From a virus, in IMG/VR virus record IMGVR_UViG_3300032323_000939, positions 31,506 through 95,505 of that record: a stretch of DNA of 64,000 nucleotides; one strand, written 5' to 3'. Each line of letters starts with the position of its first letter. Position 1 is the first letter of the stretch. The notes beneath the pieces were generated by a model. That model had not been told where the DNA came from. It saw only the letters and a program-made list of their open reading frames with translations, and searched no databases. The translations under genes and the position numbers were made by a program. Positions 48,486-57,663 of the stretch are shown here, piece by piece.

Positions 48486-49001
48486 TTAGAACAACTTATA
48501 CTTTATTGAATCTGGCTTCTCTTCTCTTAACTTCTTAGACATGTGTAGCGTCTGATCAGATGCTGCCTTGCCCACATTTAAGATAGATCCTTTAGGAGTC
48601 GTCTTGTGCATATAGTTAAACATCTGACGCCCAATGCCGCCGCCCTGGTATTTTTCGTGCACACGCATGTAACCAATATTTGTATCAGCAATTACTTTTG
48701 GCTTTGATCTTACTTCATTGCCCTTCTCATCCTTGGTAACGAATGAGATTCCACTTGACCTTGGTTCTTCACGATAGAAGTCTGAGTAACCAACTAGACC
48801 AGGCTCACCCTTTGGATTCTCTCTCACGCCGCCGCCTTTTGGGTCGACTGTTCTTGGTGTTGTGTCTTTGGTGTCATAGACAGATAGACGTCGAGGCTCA
48901 CCAAATGAACTAATGGGATGCTTGTACGCCATCTCTTCTGGCATATCGTGCTCTACGTAATGACGACCTGCTGCGTCTTGGAACTCTGCGTATCTAGGCA
49001 T
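48486..49001 (-). CDS. GNAT-family acetyltransferase
   Basis: 'IGYMRVHEKYQGGGIGRQMF' acetyl-CoA motif A; leaderless ATG 49001. Confidence 0.75.
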   Translation of the reverse strand: MPRYAEFQDAAGRHYVEHDMPEEMAYKHPISSFGEPRRLSVYDTKDTTPRTVDPKGGGVRENPKGEPGLVGYSDFYREEPRSSGISFVTKDEKGNEVRSKPKVIADTNIGYMRVHEKYQGGGIGRQMFNYMHKTTPKGSILNVGKAASDQTLHMSKKLREEKPDSIKYKLF

Positions 49002-49033
49002 GAGCACATTGTCGCACTCACGGCCCGCTATTT

Positions 49034-49753
49034 TTACTCTAAAAGGTTTTCTTTTATTAACTTCAAGATTCGTTTGTGCCTATTACTTTCAATAAATCTC
49101 TCATAACGATAGGAGAGAGGCTTAACTTTTAAAAACTCACTACTTTTTACTACTTGGTTTGAGATATCAAGCAGTTCATCGGTAGCCTCAAAATGTTTTA
49201 GAACTACCTGCTTATCTGTTAAGAACTCAATGTAGAGGGCTGGCTCACCCTCTGTTACTGAGATGGAGTTGTTACCCTCCCACAGTATGTACGATAATCT
49301 TACAGGCCTGAACCAATTGCTAATATTAAAGACGCCACTTGCTACAAACCCCGTCTTACTATCTGAGGTATTGTGCAGGTACGCTGGCGTTGCCTTAATC
49401 TTTAGAGACTCTTCAGAAAAGAATAGCCAGCCAAAATCAAGGTCTATTGAATAGCATCCCTTTAACGGAGAGATTCTAGGTTGCCAAATATGCTCTTTAT
49501 CAACCTCTGCCATCGGATTATCTAACTCACCACTTAATGTAGCGGTTGAACTAAATGCATGGGTTAAGGTATAAGTGTTCTTTAATAAATCTGGCAATGC
49601 ACTGCACTGTCTGTAATTTCCAATATTTGATCCGTTGCCTGGAGGTAAGGTGGATGCCAGTGGTACTGGCTTATTAAGAAGTAGGTTTATATAGGTCTGA
49701 CGGTCTTTACCAGTATGAACTGCCCAATAGACTGTGACTGTCTCTTTACTCAT
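49034..49753 (-). CDS. conserved phage protein, distant relative of 17306..17986
   Basis: 'C.A..D.LKNTY', 'FFSEESL', 'SG.FNISNWFRP', 'GEP..YIEF'. Confidence 0.6.
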   Translation of the reverse strand: MSKETVTVYWAVHTGKDRQTYINLLLNKPVPLASTLPPGNGSNIGNYRQCSALPDLLKNTYTLTHAFSSTATLSGELDNPMAEVDKEHIWQPRISPLKGCYSIDLDFGWLFFSEESLKIKATPAYLHNTSDSKTGFVASGVFNISNWFRPVRLSYILWEGNNSISVTEGEPALYIEFLTDKQVVLKHFEATDELLDISNQVVKSSEFLKVKPLSYRYERFIESNRHKRILKLIKENLLE

Positions 49754-49901
49754 CTAACCACCCTAATGTATAAATTCTTTGGCACTGCTATCTTAACCCA
49801 CATTGCACGTTCGCCGCACCTAGCCATCTGATAGGGCCGAATAATTTACTCATTAGCCATCTGGCTACTGCCTAGATTGCTGGGTGTAAAAATCTTATCT
49901 G

Positions 49902-50075
49902 CTACTTGAGACTGAGGTATAGGCCCAGTGCCATTAGCCATATCATGGCAATTACTCCCAGGAGTATCTTTACATAAATGTAAACTGGCGATTTTAGTCT
50001 TCTGGCATCCCAGGCGACGTACAGGGCTACAGCGGTGACTATGATCATGGCTAGGTAATCTGTTCTTAATAGCAT
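49902..50075 (-). CDS. small two-TM membrane protein, 57 aa
   Basis: MLLRTDYLAMIIVTAVALYVAWDARR...VKILLGVIAMIWLMALGLYLSLK. Confidence 0.5.
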   Translation of the reverse strand: MLLRTDYLAMIIVTAVALYVAWDARRLKSPVYIYVKILLGVIAMIWLMALGLYLSLK

Positions 50076-50343
50076 CTGGTAATCCTACTCTCTATATATA
50101 CCGTAAAAGAGTACAAGAAAATAAATACTATGGCGAATTAGATACTCCACCAGACTGCAGGGGCGCCCTCTGGATGCTCTCTGACCCATTTGGCATGCAT
50201 GATATTGACAAATGTCCAGTCGATATCGTGATTTTCTCGCTTACGCTCCTGCTCAACGAGCATATCCCACAGTTCTTCACTCATAGGGCCCATTCTACGA
50301 CCCTTTCGGCTACTGCTTAAGGCCAAACCCCTCAACCATGCCT

Positions 50344-50353
50344 CTCACCTGGC
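50344..50353 (+). repeat. CTCACCTGGC direct repeat, left copy
   Basis: identical 10-mer at 62431..62440; both sit at the edges of the site-depleted block. Confidence 0.55.
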
Positions 50354-50765
50354 CGTTCCTTCTGTGATTTTGACTTAAGGGTGGGGGGGTTTCCAAATAA
50401 TTATGGTGTTAACACCTTGCCCCTGACTATTAATCAGGTGCGAACTGGTTAACATGAGCGTAATTACCAAGTGTTCCACTTTGCTTGATGACGAATTGAT
50501 GACGAGATACTTTGCGAGTTCGGCTACTGCTGGAATTGCTGGCAATCTTGTGCGACCACAACCAGCCCACCAGCCAACTCTCCGAGTTGTTATCAGGTCA
50601 TTGTGTAATTACTAGCCATGTATCAAAACAATATGAACATATCAATCAGCCACAGGTATATCTATCTCTTATATCTATCTATATATAAATGATAGTAATG
50701 ATCTATTTTTAATATATCTAAGGGGTGCTACGCCCCCCTTTGAAACCCCCCAACTAATAAAGGGG

Positions 50766-51137
50766 CTATTCCTTTTCTAAATACTCAACCGCTTTGCGTA
50801 ATACATTCGGGTCATCTCTCAACATTCCAATCGCCCTATTACAGTTGTGGCATAACCAGCCACGCACCTTGCCAGTTCGGTGATCGTGGTCAATCGCTAA
50901 TCCCTTTGTGGTGTCGTGGTCATTCACTCCGCAGATCGCACACTTGTAATCTTGGTTCTCTTTCAATATCAATAACTCTTGGAATGGCACTCCATAAATC
51001 TTTGCCAATCTTTGTGGTCGCTTCTTTTTTTGCCGACAAGCACCGCAGGTATTTCGTAGATAGCCATAACCAGTTAATTCAAAAAGAGTTAACTCCTTTT
51101 CAAACTGGCACTCATTACAAATTTTGGTTTCGGACAT
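50766..51137 (-). CDS. endonuclease VII-type HNH nuclease
   Basis: 'QDYKCAICG...LAIDHDH.TGKVRGWLCHNCN.AIG...DD...L.KA.EYL'. Confidence 0.88.
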   Translation of the reverse strand: MSETKICNECQFEKELTLFELTGYGYLRNTCGACRQKKKRPQRLAKIYGVPFQELLILKENQDYKCAICGVNDHDTTKGLAIDHDHRTGKVRGWLCHNCNRAIGMLRDDPNVLRKAVEYLEKE

Positions 51138-51179
51138 AACCGCTAAATCTAATTGGCTTTTAATACTTAGGCGAATTGC

Positions 51180-51477
51180 TGGACTAACTCGACAGCGAAC
51201 TAACTAACTTAGTTCGACAGCGACAGCGAGAGTTCCGAGTTAGTTGCGAACTAACTATCTATTCATTCCAAGAGTTAGTTCCCCACTAACTCGCATCTAC
51301 CACCGCCACCGCCACCAATAGTTAGTTCCAAGCCCCCAGCCCCAGTTCGACCCCCCACGCTCAGGCTCTCACGCTCAGACCCCCCAAATCGGGCTTCTAA
51401 GCCCCCTCTCAGGCTCTTACCCCCATTCTTGGGGCAATCACCCCAGCCCAGCCCCGATCAGCCAGCCCAGCCCCAGC
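51180..51477. repeat. AACTAACT/AGTTAGTT boxes and C-rich low-complexity tract
   Basis: palindrome AGTTAGTT-GCG-AACTAACT at 51238..51256, repeated CGACAG, CACCGC, CCCAG units. Confidence 0.7.
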
Positions 51478-51682
51478 GTGGAACACGCTCAATCGGGCAA
51501 ATCGGACATTCTTGCCACTATAAGCAGGTGGTCATGGTCAACTGGATTTTCTGCTACGATCAGCCTTGTTCCGATCAATTCATAGGTCATCAGACCGCCT
51601 CTTGTTTTGAGAAGTTGATTAGCGAACTTGTAATTTTAAAACTACATACGGACTAAAAAAATCTCGATCAAACGATCAGTTA

Positions 51683-52089
51683 TGGCAATTAGTTATTGCC
51701 GTTCAATTAAAAATGGTTTGCGTGTAGCAACCTTGAACTATCTGATTAGTAATTAAATCTGATGAGATCACTTGGAGTGGCGATAACCAGTTTATTTAAC
51801 TAAATAAATTGCGAGCGTTCTACAAAACATCAGACTAACAATTAAGAAATTAATTGTGTATAGAGATTAGTTTTAGGCAACTATTCTTGGAAATAAAAAA
51901 TAACTAACTATGGATTGTTCTCTACTAGTGAGATGCCGACAGTATCCAATCTGATCTAAGCACAATGAAATTAGTTATCTAGTAATTAGAGAATGGCTTA
52001 TGTGTTTTTTGCGATCACTAATAACTACTTGCGCCTTAGCAACGCTACTTATTAGTGATCGTGATGAATACATAAATAAATGTATTCAA
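51683..52089 (+). ncRNA. candidate large structured RNA / leader
   Basis: ORF-free region with at least five hairpins, including a 14-bp stem and a GAAA tetraloop stem. Confidence 0.4.
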
Positions 52090-52183
52090 TACAACTTAAT
52101 ACAGTTCAACTTGATTATCTATTAACAATTAAATATCAATCTATCTATCAATTCCTTCCCCCCTACATAAAAGGAATACAAAA

Positions 52184-52372
52184 ATGAAAACACAAACATT
52201 CGCCAATACAAAGGGCGAAATTGTCGCAACTGGAACTATCAAACCAAATCTAATTGACTTGGTGCTATCTGACGGAACTCGTTTCTTTTCAACTCGTTCT
52301 GATAATTACTCGCTTGATGTTTTGCGAAACTTAAACATCTCCAAAATAGTTAAGGATATAAATGGAAAATAA
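52184..52372 (+). CDS. hypothetical protein
   Basis: 62 aa, AAAGGA RBS. Confidence 0.65.
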   Translation: MKTQTFANTKGEIVATGTIKPNLIDLVLSDGTRFFSTRSDNYSLDVLRNLNISKIVKDINGK

Positions 52373-52649
52373 AAAACTAGTCGTTGACGATCTAACTTTT
52401 GATGAAGTTGGTTTGCTCTATACATCAATGAAAGTGATGATCGCAAAAATGAACGAACTGGAAGTTCCTGAGGAAATGATTGAAATGGCAATTCCAGTAT
52501 TTAAGAAACTAGAAATTGTGTTTGAAAACAAACATAATGAACGAGATCAATTCATTGAATTAATAAATGAACTTGATCTTGATGATCTACAAATCGCATC
52601 AGCGATTATTGCTAAAAATCCTGATGCTGAAATACCTGAATACAAATAA
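52362..52649 (+). CDS. hypothetical acidic protein
   Basis: 95 aa, TAAGGA RBS. Confidence 0.7.
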   Translation: MENKKLVVDDLTFDEVGLLYTSMKVMIAKMNELEVPEEMIEMAIPVFKKLEIVFENKHNERDQFIELINELDLDDLQIASAIIAKNPDAEIPEYK

Positions 52650-52745
52650 ATAAGTTTGTGTTAGTGGTTATTAATGGCTACCACTAACACAATTCAATTC
52701 CCCAGTAATACAAACCCAAACAACAAATAGAAAAGGAAAATAAAA

Positions 52746-53612
52746 ATGACTACATCAACAACTAAATCCTTGTTCGTTCCAACATTGGAACAAACAGGTC
52801 ATTACATTGAGCGCACCTTTGCTGGTGGCATTAACGAAACTCAGATGTATGACTTCGCATTAGAAAACAAAATGAATGTTTTGTTAAGTGGTGATGCTGG
52901 AACTGGTAAAACAACTTCTAGCATGGCTTACGCATCAAAGCGCAGAATGAACTTCTTTGCCGTTCCTTCTAACAACGCCATTGATTTCACACAATTAGTT
53001 GGTGGCTTGTTCCCTGATGAGAATGGAAAACTAAAGTGGATTGACGGCGCAATCACAAAGATTGTTCGTGAAGGTGGTTTGTTATTAATTAACGAATTAA
53101 ATAACGCACCTAAAAACTTATCGCAATACTTGATGAGTTTGTTAGATGATCGCCGATCAATTACTTTAATGAGCCACGATAACGAAGTTATACATGCTCA
53201 CCCTGATCTATTAGTTGTTGCTGATATGAACCCAAATTATCGTGGCACACAATTACTAAACGAAGCATGGAAAGATCGCTTCGAGATCAAACTAACTTAC
53301 TCATACGATACGAAAATTGAAAAGCAAATTATCAAATCCAGTTCATTACTGGAACTTGCGAATGGTATGCGTTCAACATCTCGTATTGATGAGGGCTCAT
53401 CATCACCTTCAACAATCTTTGAAACACCAGTATCAACTCGTATCTTAAAAACATTCGAGAAACTTGCTAAGGGTCTTTCTTATGATTTTGCTAGTGATGT
53501 TTTCGTTAACAACTTCTCTGATGACGAAAAGCCAGCAGTTCGTATGTTGCTAGAAGGCAACGACTTCAACATCAAATCCGATCTCGGATTACTTGAAACA
53601 ACAAACGCTTAG
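52746..53612 (+). CDS. MoxR-type AAA+ ATPase (CbbQ/NorQ/CobS-like)
   Basis: Walker A 'GDAGTGKT', Walker B variant 'LLINE', 'MNPNYRGT..LNEA.KDRF'. Confidence 0.88.
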   Translation: MTTSTTKSLFVPTLEQTGHYIERTFAGGINETQMYDFALENKMNVLLSGDAGTGKTTSSMAYASKRRMNFFAVPSNNAIDFTQLVGGLFPDENGKLKWIDGAITKIVREGGLLLINELNNAPKNLSQYLMSLLDDRRSITLMSHDNEVIHAHPDLLVVADMNPNYRGTQLLNEAWKDRFEIKLTYSYDTKIEKQIIKSSSLLELANGMRSTSRIDEGSSSPSTIFETPVSTRILKTFEKLAKGLSYDFASDVFVNNFSDDEKPAVRMLLEGNDFNIKSDLGLLETTNA

Positions 53613-53626
53613 TTAGGAATAAACAA

Positions 53627-55492
53627 ATGGATTATCCATTCATAGATGTAGGTGTCGCATTAGCGCAATCTGATCTAAAGAAAAAACAAGAAACAGAAGC
53701 GGAATTAAAACGCCAGCGAATTGAACGCTTTGCTCAGTTCTTTGGTCGAGTTAATTCAGCACTAACACTTCGCAAGGTGCGTGTAAAAGTTGAGAACTCA
53801 ACTATTGGCGCACCTGCTTGGTCAGGTGCTAGTGAAGTTGTTTTCAATTCACGATTACTTGGCAATCTAAATACGGCAAAAGAAATTGCTGGACTTCGTG
53901 GTTTAGATTTACACGAAGTTAGCCACATTCTTTATACACCAAGAGAAGGTTCTGAAATCTTTGAATGGTGTCGTGATAATGATGTTCTATTTGCTTACAA
54001 CGCATTAGACGATCAACGAATTGAAACTTTATTTACAACTCGTTATCCGTCAACGATTGATTGGTTCACATCAACAATTCTTATTCACTTTGTTGATGAC
54101 CCAAAAGCGTTTGAAACTTCTTATGGTTTATTGCGTGGTCGGCAATATCTACCAACTGAATTGTTGGCACGATCACGCAACGCATATAAGTTCCAAGATC
54201 AATTAGATGAAATCTGCGACATTGTTGACCAGTATCGGTTATTAACTTTTCCTGCTGATACTGAAATCGCAAAAGATTTAATTCGCAGATTTGATGCGTT
54301 GATGCCAAAACAAAATATGCCCCAAGAAGGATTAGCGGATTGGGAAAAAGATTTAATTGGTAAAGAAGGCAACAAAGTTGTTGTCGCAATTAAATCTCCA
54401 TTCGGTCATGGTGAGCGACCACATGAAGGTATCGAGAGTTCAGCAGTATCTCGACCAGTTGCGCCAATTCAACAGAAGCGTGATCTTGAAAGAGTTAAAT
54501 CTCAACCAGTAAAAGATGATGCGAAATTAGCAGAGCAACTTAAATCAGAACCAGTTATTGAAATTGATTTAACTGGTGATGAAGGTAGCGGTGTTGGTAA
54601 TGCTTCATCAGATCAAAACACTAGGGCTCTTAACGATATGTTGAGCGACATTCTTAGCGATCAAAAAATTGCTAACGAAATCAACGACATCATCAGACAA
54701 ATTGGTGGCTTACCTTCTCTTGCTACCAATAATTCTAAAGAGCCAAGAAAATCACGATACGAATTACAAACTCCTGATGCTAAAACTTTTCAAGCATCTT
54801 TATCTTTCGGTAGAGAGTTGGAAAGATTAAAAGCAACATTCGAACCTGCTTGGGATAAATACCAATCACAAGGTCGTTTGAAAGCGGAGAGATATTTGCG
54901 TGGTGATGATCTTGATGTTGTGTTCGATCAATGGTCAGAAGGCAAAGATGATGCTACTGAAATTGAATGTGTGATCTTGTTAGATAACTCAGGTTCAATG
55001 AGTGGTCGTAAAGAAATCTCTGCTTATCGTGCCATGTATGCGATTAAAAAAGCATTAGATCGCATTAACGCTAATACAACAGTTCTTACCTTTAACACAT
55101 CTACGAATGTTTTGTATCGTGCTGATGAAAGAGCAAACAATTCAATTCGTAATGCTGGTAGCACAGGTGGAACTGACCCACAGGAAGCAATCGAATACGC
55201 CACAAAACTTCTTGCTGAAACTGAGAAGCCAGTTCGTATTTTCTTTGTAATTACTGACGGAGAATGGAGTGGTGATTTAACAATTCAACATGATGCCATT
55301 AAAAAAATGGCTAACGCTGGAGTGCTAACTTCATTCGCTTACATAGCAGATGATAATGAGAGCGTTCAGTTAACACCTGAAAAATCTCATTACTGCGAAA
55401 TTAGTGCGGTTGTAAATAACCCACTTAATTTAATTGGTATGTCTAAATCAATCGTTAAGTATGCGATTGGTCGCAGACTAGTTAATAACTAA
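53627..55492 (+). CDS. vWA-domain protein (CobT-like MoxR partner) with N-terminal HExxH
   Basis: 'HEVSH', 'NALDDQRIE', MIDAS 'LLDNSGSM', 'GGT', 'ITDG'. Confidence 0.85.
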   Translation: MDYPFIDVGVALAQSDLKKKQETEAELKRQRIERFAQFFGRVNSALTLRKVRVKVENSTIGAPAWSGASEVVFNSRLLGNLNTAKEIAGLRGLDLHEVSHILYTPREGSEIFEWCRDNDVLFAYNALDDQRIETLFTTRYPSTIDWFTSTILIHFVDDPKAFETSYGLLRGRQYLPTELLARSRNAYKFQDQLDEICDIVDQYRLLTFPADTEIAKDLIRRFDALMPKQNMPQEGLADWEKDLIGKEGNKVVVAIKSPFGHGERPHEGIESSAVSRPVAPIQQKRDLERVKSQPVKDDAKLAEQLKSEPVIEIDLTGDEGSGVGNASSDQNTRALNDMLSDILSDQKIANEINDIIRQIGGLPSLATNNSKEPRKSRYELQTPDAKTFQASLSFGRELERLKATFEPAWDKYQSQGRLKAERYLRGDDLDVVFDQWSEGKDDATEIECVILLDNSGSMSGRKEISAYRAMYAIKKALDRINANTTVLTFNTSTNVLYRADERANNSIRNAGSTGGTDPQEAIEYATKLLAETEKPVRIFFVITDGEWSGDLTIQHDAIKKMANAGVLTSFAYIADDNESVQLTPEKSHYCEISAVVNNPLNLIGMSKSIVKYAIGRRLVNN

Positions 55493-55559
55493 CAAACAAA
55501 TGTGGTGGAACATGATCGGGGGGTTATGTTCCACCCTTCTAACTAAGGAGAATAAATAA

Positions 55560-56180
55560 ATGAAATCAACCGACTTAAAAACTGGTGTTGAATACGCAGT
55601 AATTCCAGCATGGGATTATTCATCACAAGATAAGAAAAATCCTGATCGTGTTCAACGCAACCATGTTGCTAGAGCAAAGTTAGCATCACTTGATAAATAT
55701 GAATACAAAGTTTATCGAGCCAATAGCGCAACAGATACAAACTTCGCACCAGCAAAACAAGGTTCACGAAACATTGGTTATCTTGTTAGTTCAGATGACT
55801 TTATGAACGCTGGACAAACTCCCTCAACTTTATTTTGGTTGGCTCGACCACAAGATATTGTTGCTTCTTATTCTGATCTTGAACCCAAATGGGCGCAACG
55901 AGAACTTGATGAAAAACTCGCAAGAGAAAAACATGAGGCAGAGCAACAAGAGCGTGAACGCAAACAGAGAGAAGCAAGGGAATACACCGAAAGAGTTTCG
56001 GCTTCTTTACTGGCATCTCTTAAATCAATTCTTGGTGATCGTGCTAATAGCATTAGCGTTGATACAAGAAGTCGCAGAGTAGGTGATAACTATATTGAAA
56101 TTGCCGAAATGAATATAGATTTAAAAACAATGGGAATACTTATCGAGAAAGTTCTCGAAGCAAAGGACTTGGTGGGGTAA
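55560..56180 (+). CDS. hypothetical protein
   Basis: 206 aa, TAAGGAG RBS. Confidence 0.75.
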   Translation: MKSTDLKTGVEYAVIPAWDYSSQDKKNPDRVQRNHVARAKLASLDKYEYKVYRANSATDTNFAPAKQGSRNIGYLVSSDDFMNAGQTPSTLFWLARPQDIVASYSDLEPKWAQRELDEKLAREKHEAEQQERERKQREAREYTERVSASLLASLKSILGDRANSISVDTRSRRVGDNYIEIAEMNIDLKTMGILIEKVLEAKDLVG

Positions 56181-56911
56181 TGACTACACAGACAAAAGAT
56201 AGTTTTTACTTGGAACGCTTAAAGCGTTTCTATGAAACCAATAATCACTACCGATCAACAGTTGGTGATAGCCATAACAGTATTTGGGGTTTGTCTAGCA
56301 GGACAAAACTTGAACACTATTGTTATTTTGAAGTTAAAGATATTGTGTTTCACGAACAAGAATATAAAGGGTTTCAATTAATAGTAAAAGAAACTCAATT
56401 CATAGTGAAAACAATTCTTGATAAGAATGGTTTGCCTTGTAAAGAGGCTTGGCTAGATGTAAAAGATATTGGTGGTTATATTGACCAGCAAGATCAATCC
56501 ACCTTTGTTGCGTTCGCATGGGAGATTGGTGGTAATTACGACACCTTTGCTAATTTAAACTGGGTTGGAATGGGCGCAATTATCAATCAATTAGGCACTA
56601 GTAATTCATTAAAGAAAACTACTAAAACTGCTCAAAAGAAACTGGACATTCTTGCCCAAGTTAACGCAGTTAAAGATACTTTAATTCAAATTGCTGATGA
56701 ACGCCTTAATTACAATGAAGCAGTAAATCCATTCAATGTAATTGTGGGCGATCAGGTGTGGATTGAGGCTCATGGGCGCAAGAGAAAAGGTGTTATTACT
56801 TCAACCACAGGTAGCAGATTTAATGTTGCCTATTTAACACCTTCTAACCATGACGATCTCAAATATAAAACACTTGGGATACCACACTTGTTTGTAAAGG
56901 AGAGCCCGTAA
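56180..56911 (+). CDS. hypothetical protein, SH3/KOW-like C-terminus
   Basis: 243 aa; 'VGDQVWIEAHGRKRKGVI'. Confidence 0.7.
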   Translation: MTTQTKDSFYLERLKRFYETNNHYRSTVGDSHNSIWGLSSRTKLEHYCYFEVKDIVFHEQEYKGFQLIVKETQFIVKTILDKNGLPCKEAWLDVKDIGGYIDQQDQSTFVAFAWEIGGNYDTFANLNWVGMGAIINQLGTSNSLKKTTKTAQKKLDILAQVNAVKDTLIQIADERLNYNEAVNPFNVIVGDQVWIEAHGRKRKGVITSTTGSRFNVAYLTPSNHDDLKYKTLGIPHLFVKESP

Positions 56912-57318
56912 TAAAAACATGTAGCACTTGTGGGATTGAAAAACCAGTAGATCAATTCCAAAAACACCCGACAGGTAAGGGCGGTATTCATCATAAATGC
57001 CACCCTTGTTTGTTGGAATACAAACGCAACCAATATAAAAACGCTAAATTAGATATTAAGAATTGGATTTACGATTACTTATTAATTAATTCATGCGTTG
57101 ATTGCGGTGAAACTAATCCTATGAAACTGGAGTTCGATCATAGAAGCGACAAATCTTTTCATATTGGAAAGTCATTCATAGGTAAATCTAAAGATATTGA
57201 AGTGATTAAATCCGAGATCGCAAAGTGTGATGTTCGGTGCGCTTCATGCCACAGGGTAAAAACTCACAAGGAACAAAACACTTGGAAATATCTAATACAT
57301 AAAGAACGGAATACATAA
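56911..57318 (+). CDS. HNH endonuclease-like protein (non-canonical or mutated start)
   Basis: 'KTCSTCG.EK....F', 'CVDCGE...LEFDH', 'EIAKCDVRCASCHR'; frame open back to ATA at 56911. Confidence 0.65.
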   Translation: MKTCSTCGIEKPVDQFQKHPTGKGGIHHKCHPCLLEYKRNQYKNAKLDIKNWIYDYLLINSCVDCGETNPMKLEFDHRSDKSFHIGKSFIGKSKDIEVIKSEIAKCDVRCASCHRVKTHKEQNTWKYLIHKERNT

Positions 57319-57477
57319 ATGAAATCAAAAACTTATTACAAAGTTCGAACTGCGGTGCGTATTCTTTTTTGGAGTTCGTTAGCCGTTGGAATTTATTATT
57401 TAGCAACTCACATCAACTGGGTGGGCGATCACTATTGCTGGGGAACTATTGAACAATGTTTCTTAGGGGGTAAGTAA
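57319..57477 (+). CDS. small membrane protein, 52 aa
   Basis: MKSKTYYKVRTAVRILFWSSLAVGIYYLATHINW... Confidence 0.6.
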   Translation: MKSKTYYKVRTAVRILFWSSLAVGIYYLATHINWVGDHYCWGTIEQCFLGGK

Positions 57478-57651
57478 ATGGGTTATGTAGAGATTGTTAG
57501 ACGAGTTCAAGATCACGAACTAGATACTTGCGATCAATGCGGTCAAAAGGGCGTTCGAGATAATGGAAAAACAATTACTGATAACTATTCGCAGGACATT
57601 CTTTGGTTCTGCTATAACTGCGTTCAATCACAAAAGAGATCGTTCGCATAA
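57478..57651 (+). CDS. small Zn-finger protein, 57 aa
   Basis: CDQC ... WFCYNC. Confidence 0.6.
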   Translation: MGYVEIVRRVQDHELDTCDQCGQKGVRDNGKTITDNYSQDILWFCYNCVQSQKRSFA

Positions 57652-57663
57652 ATAAATAAATTT

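Noticed and set aside
51429-51656. 75-aa Pro/Gln-rich ORF
   Set aside because: Arises from the C-rich repeat tract; TTG start without an RBS.
51759-51790. Hammerhead ribozyme core (CTGATGA...)
   Set aside because: The stem is followed by GATA rather than GAAA, and I could not find stems I/III with a cleavage triplet.
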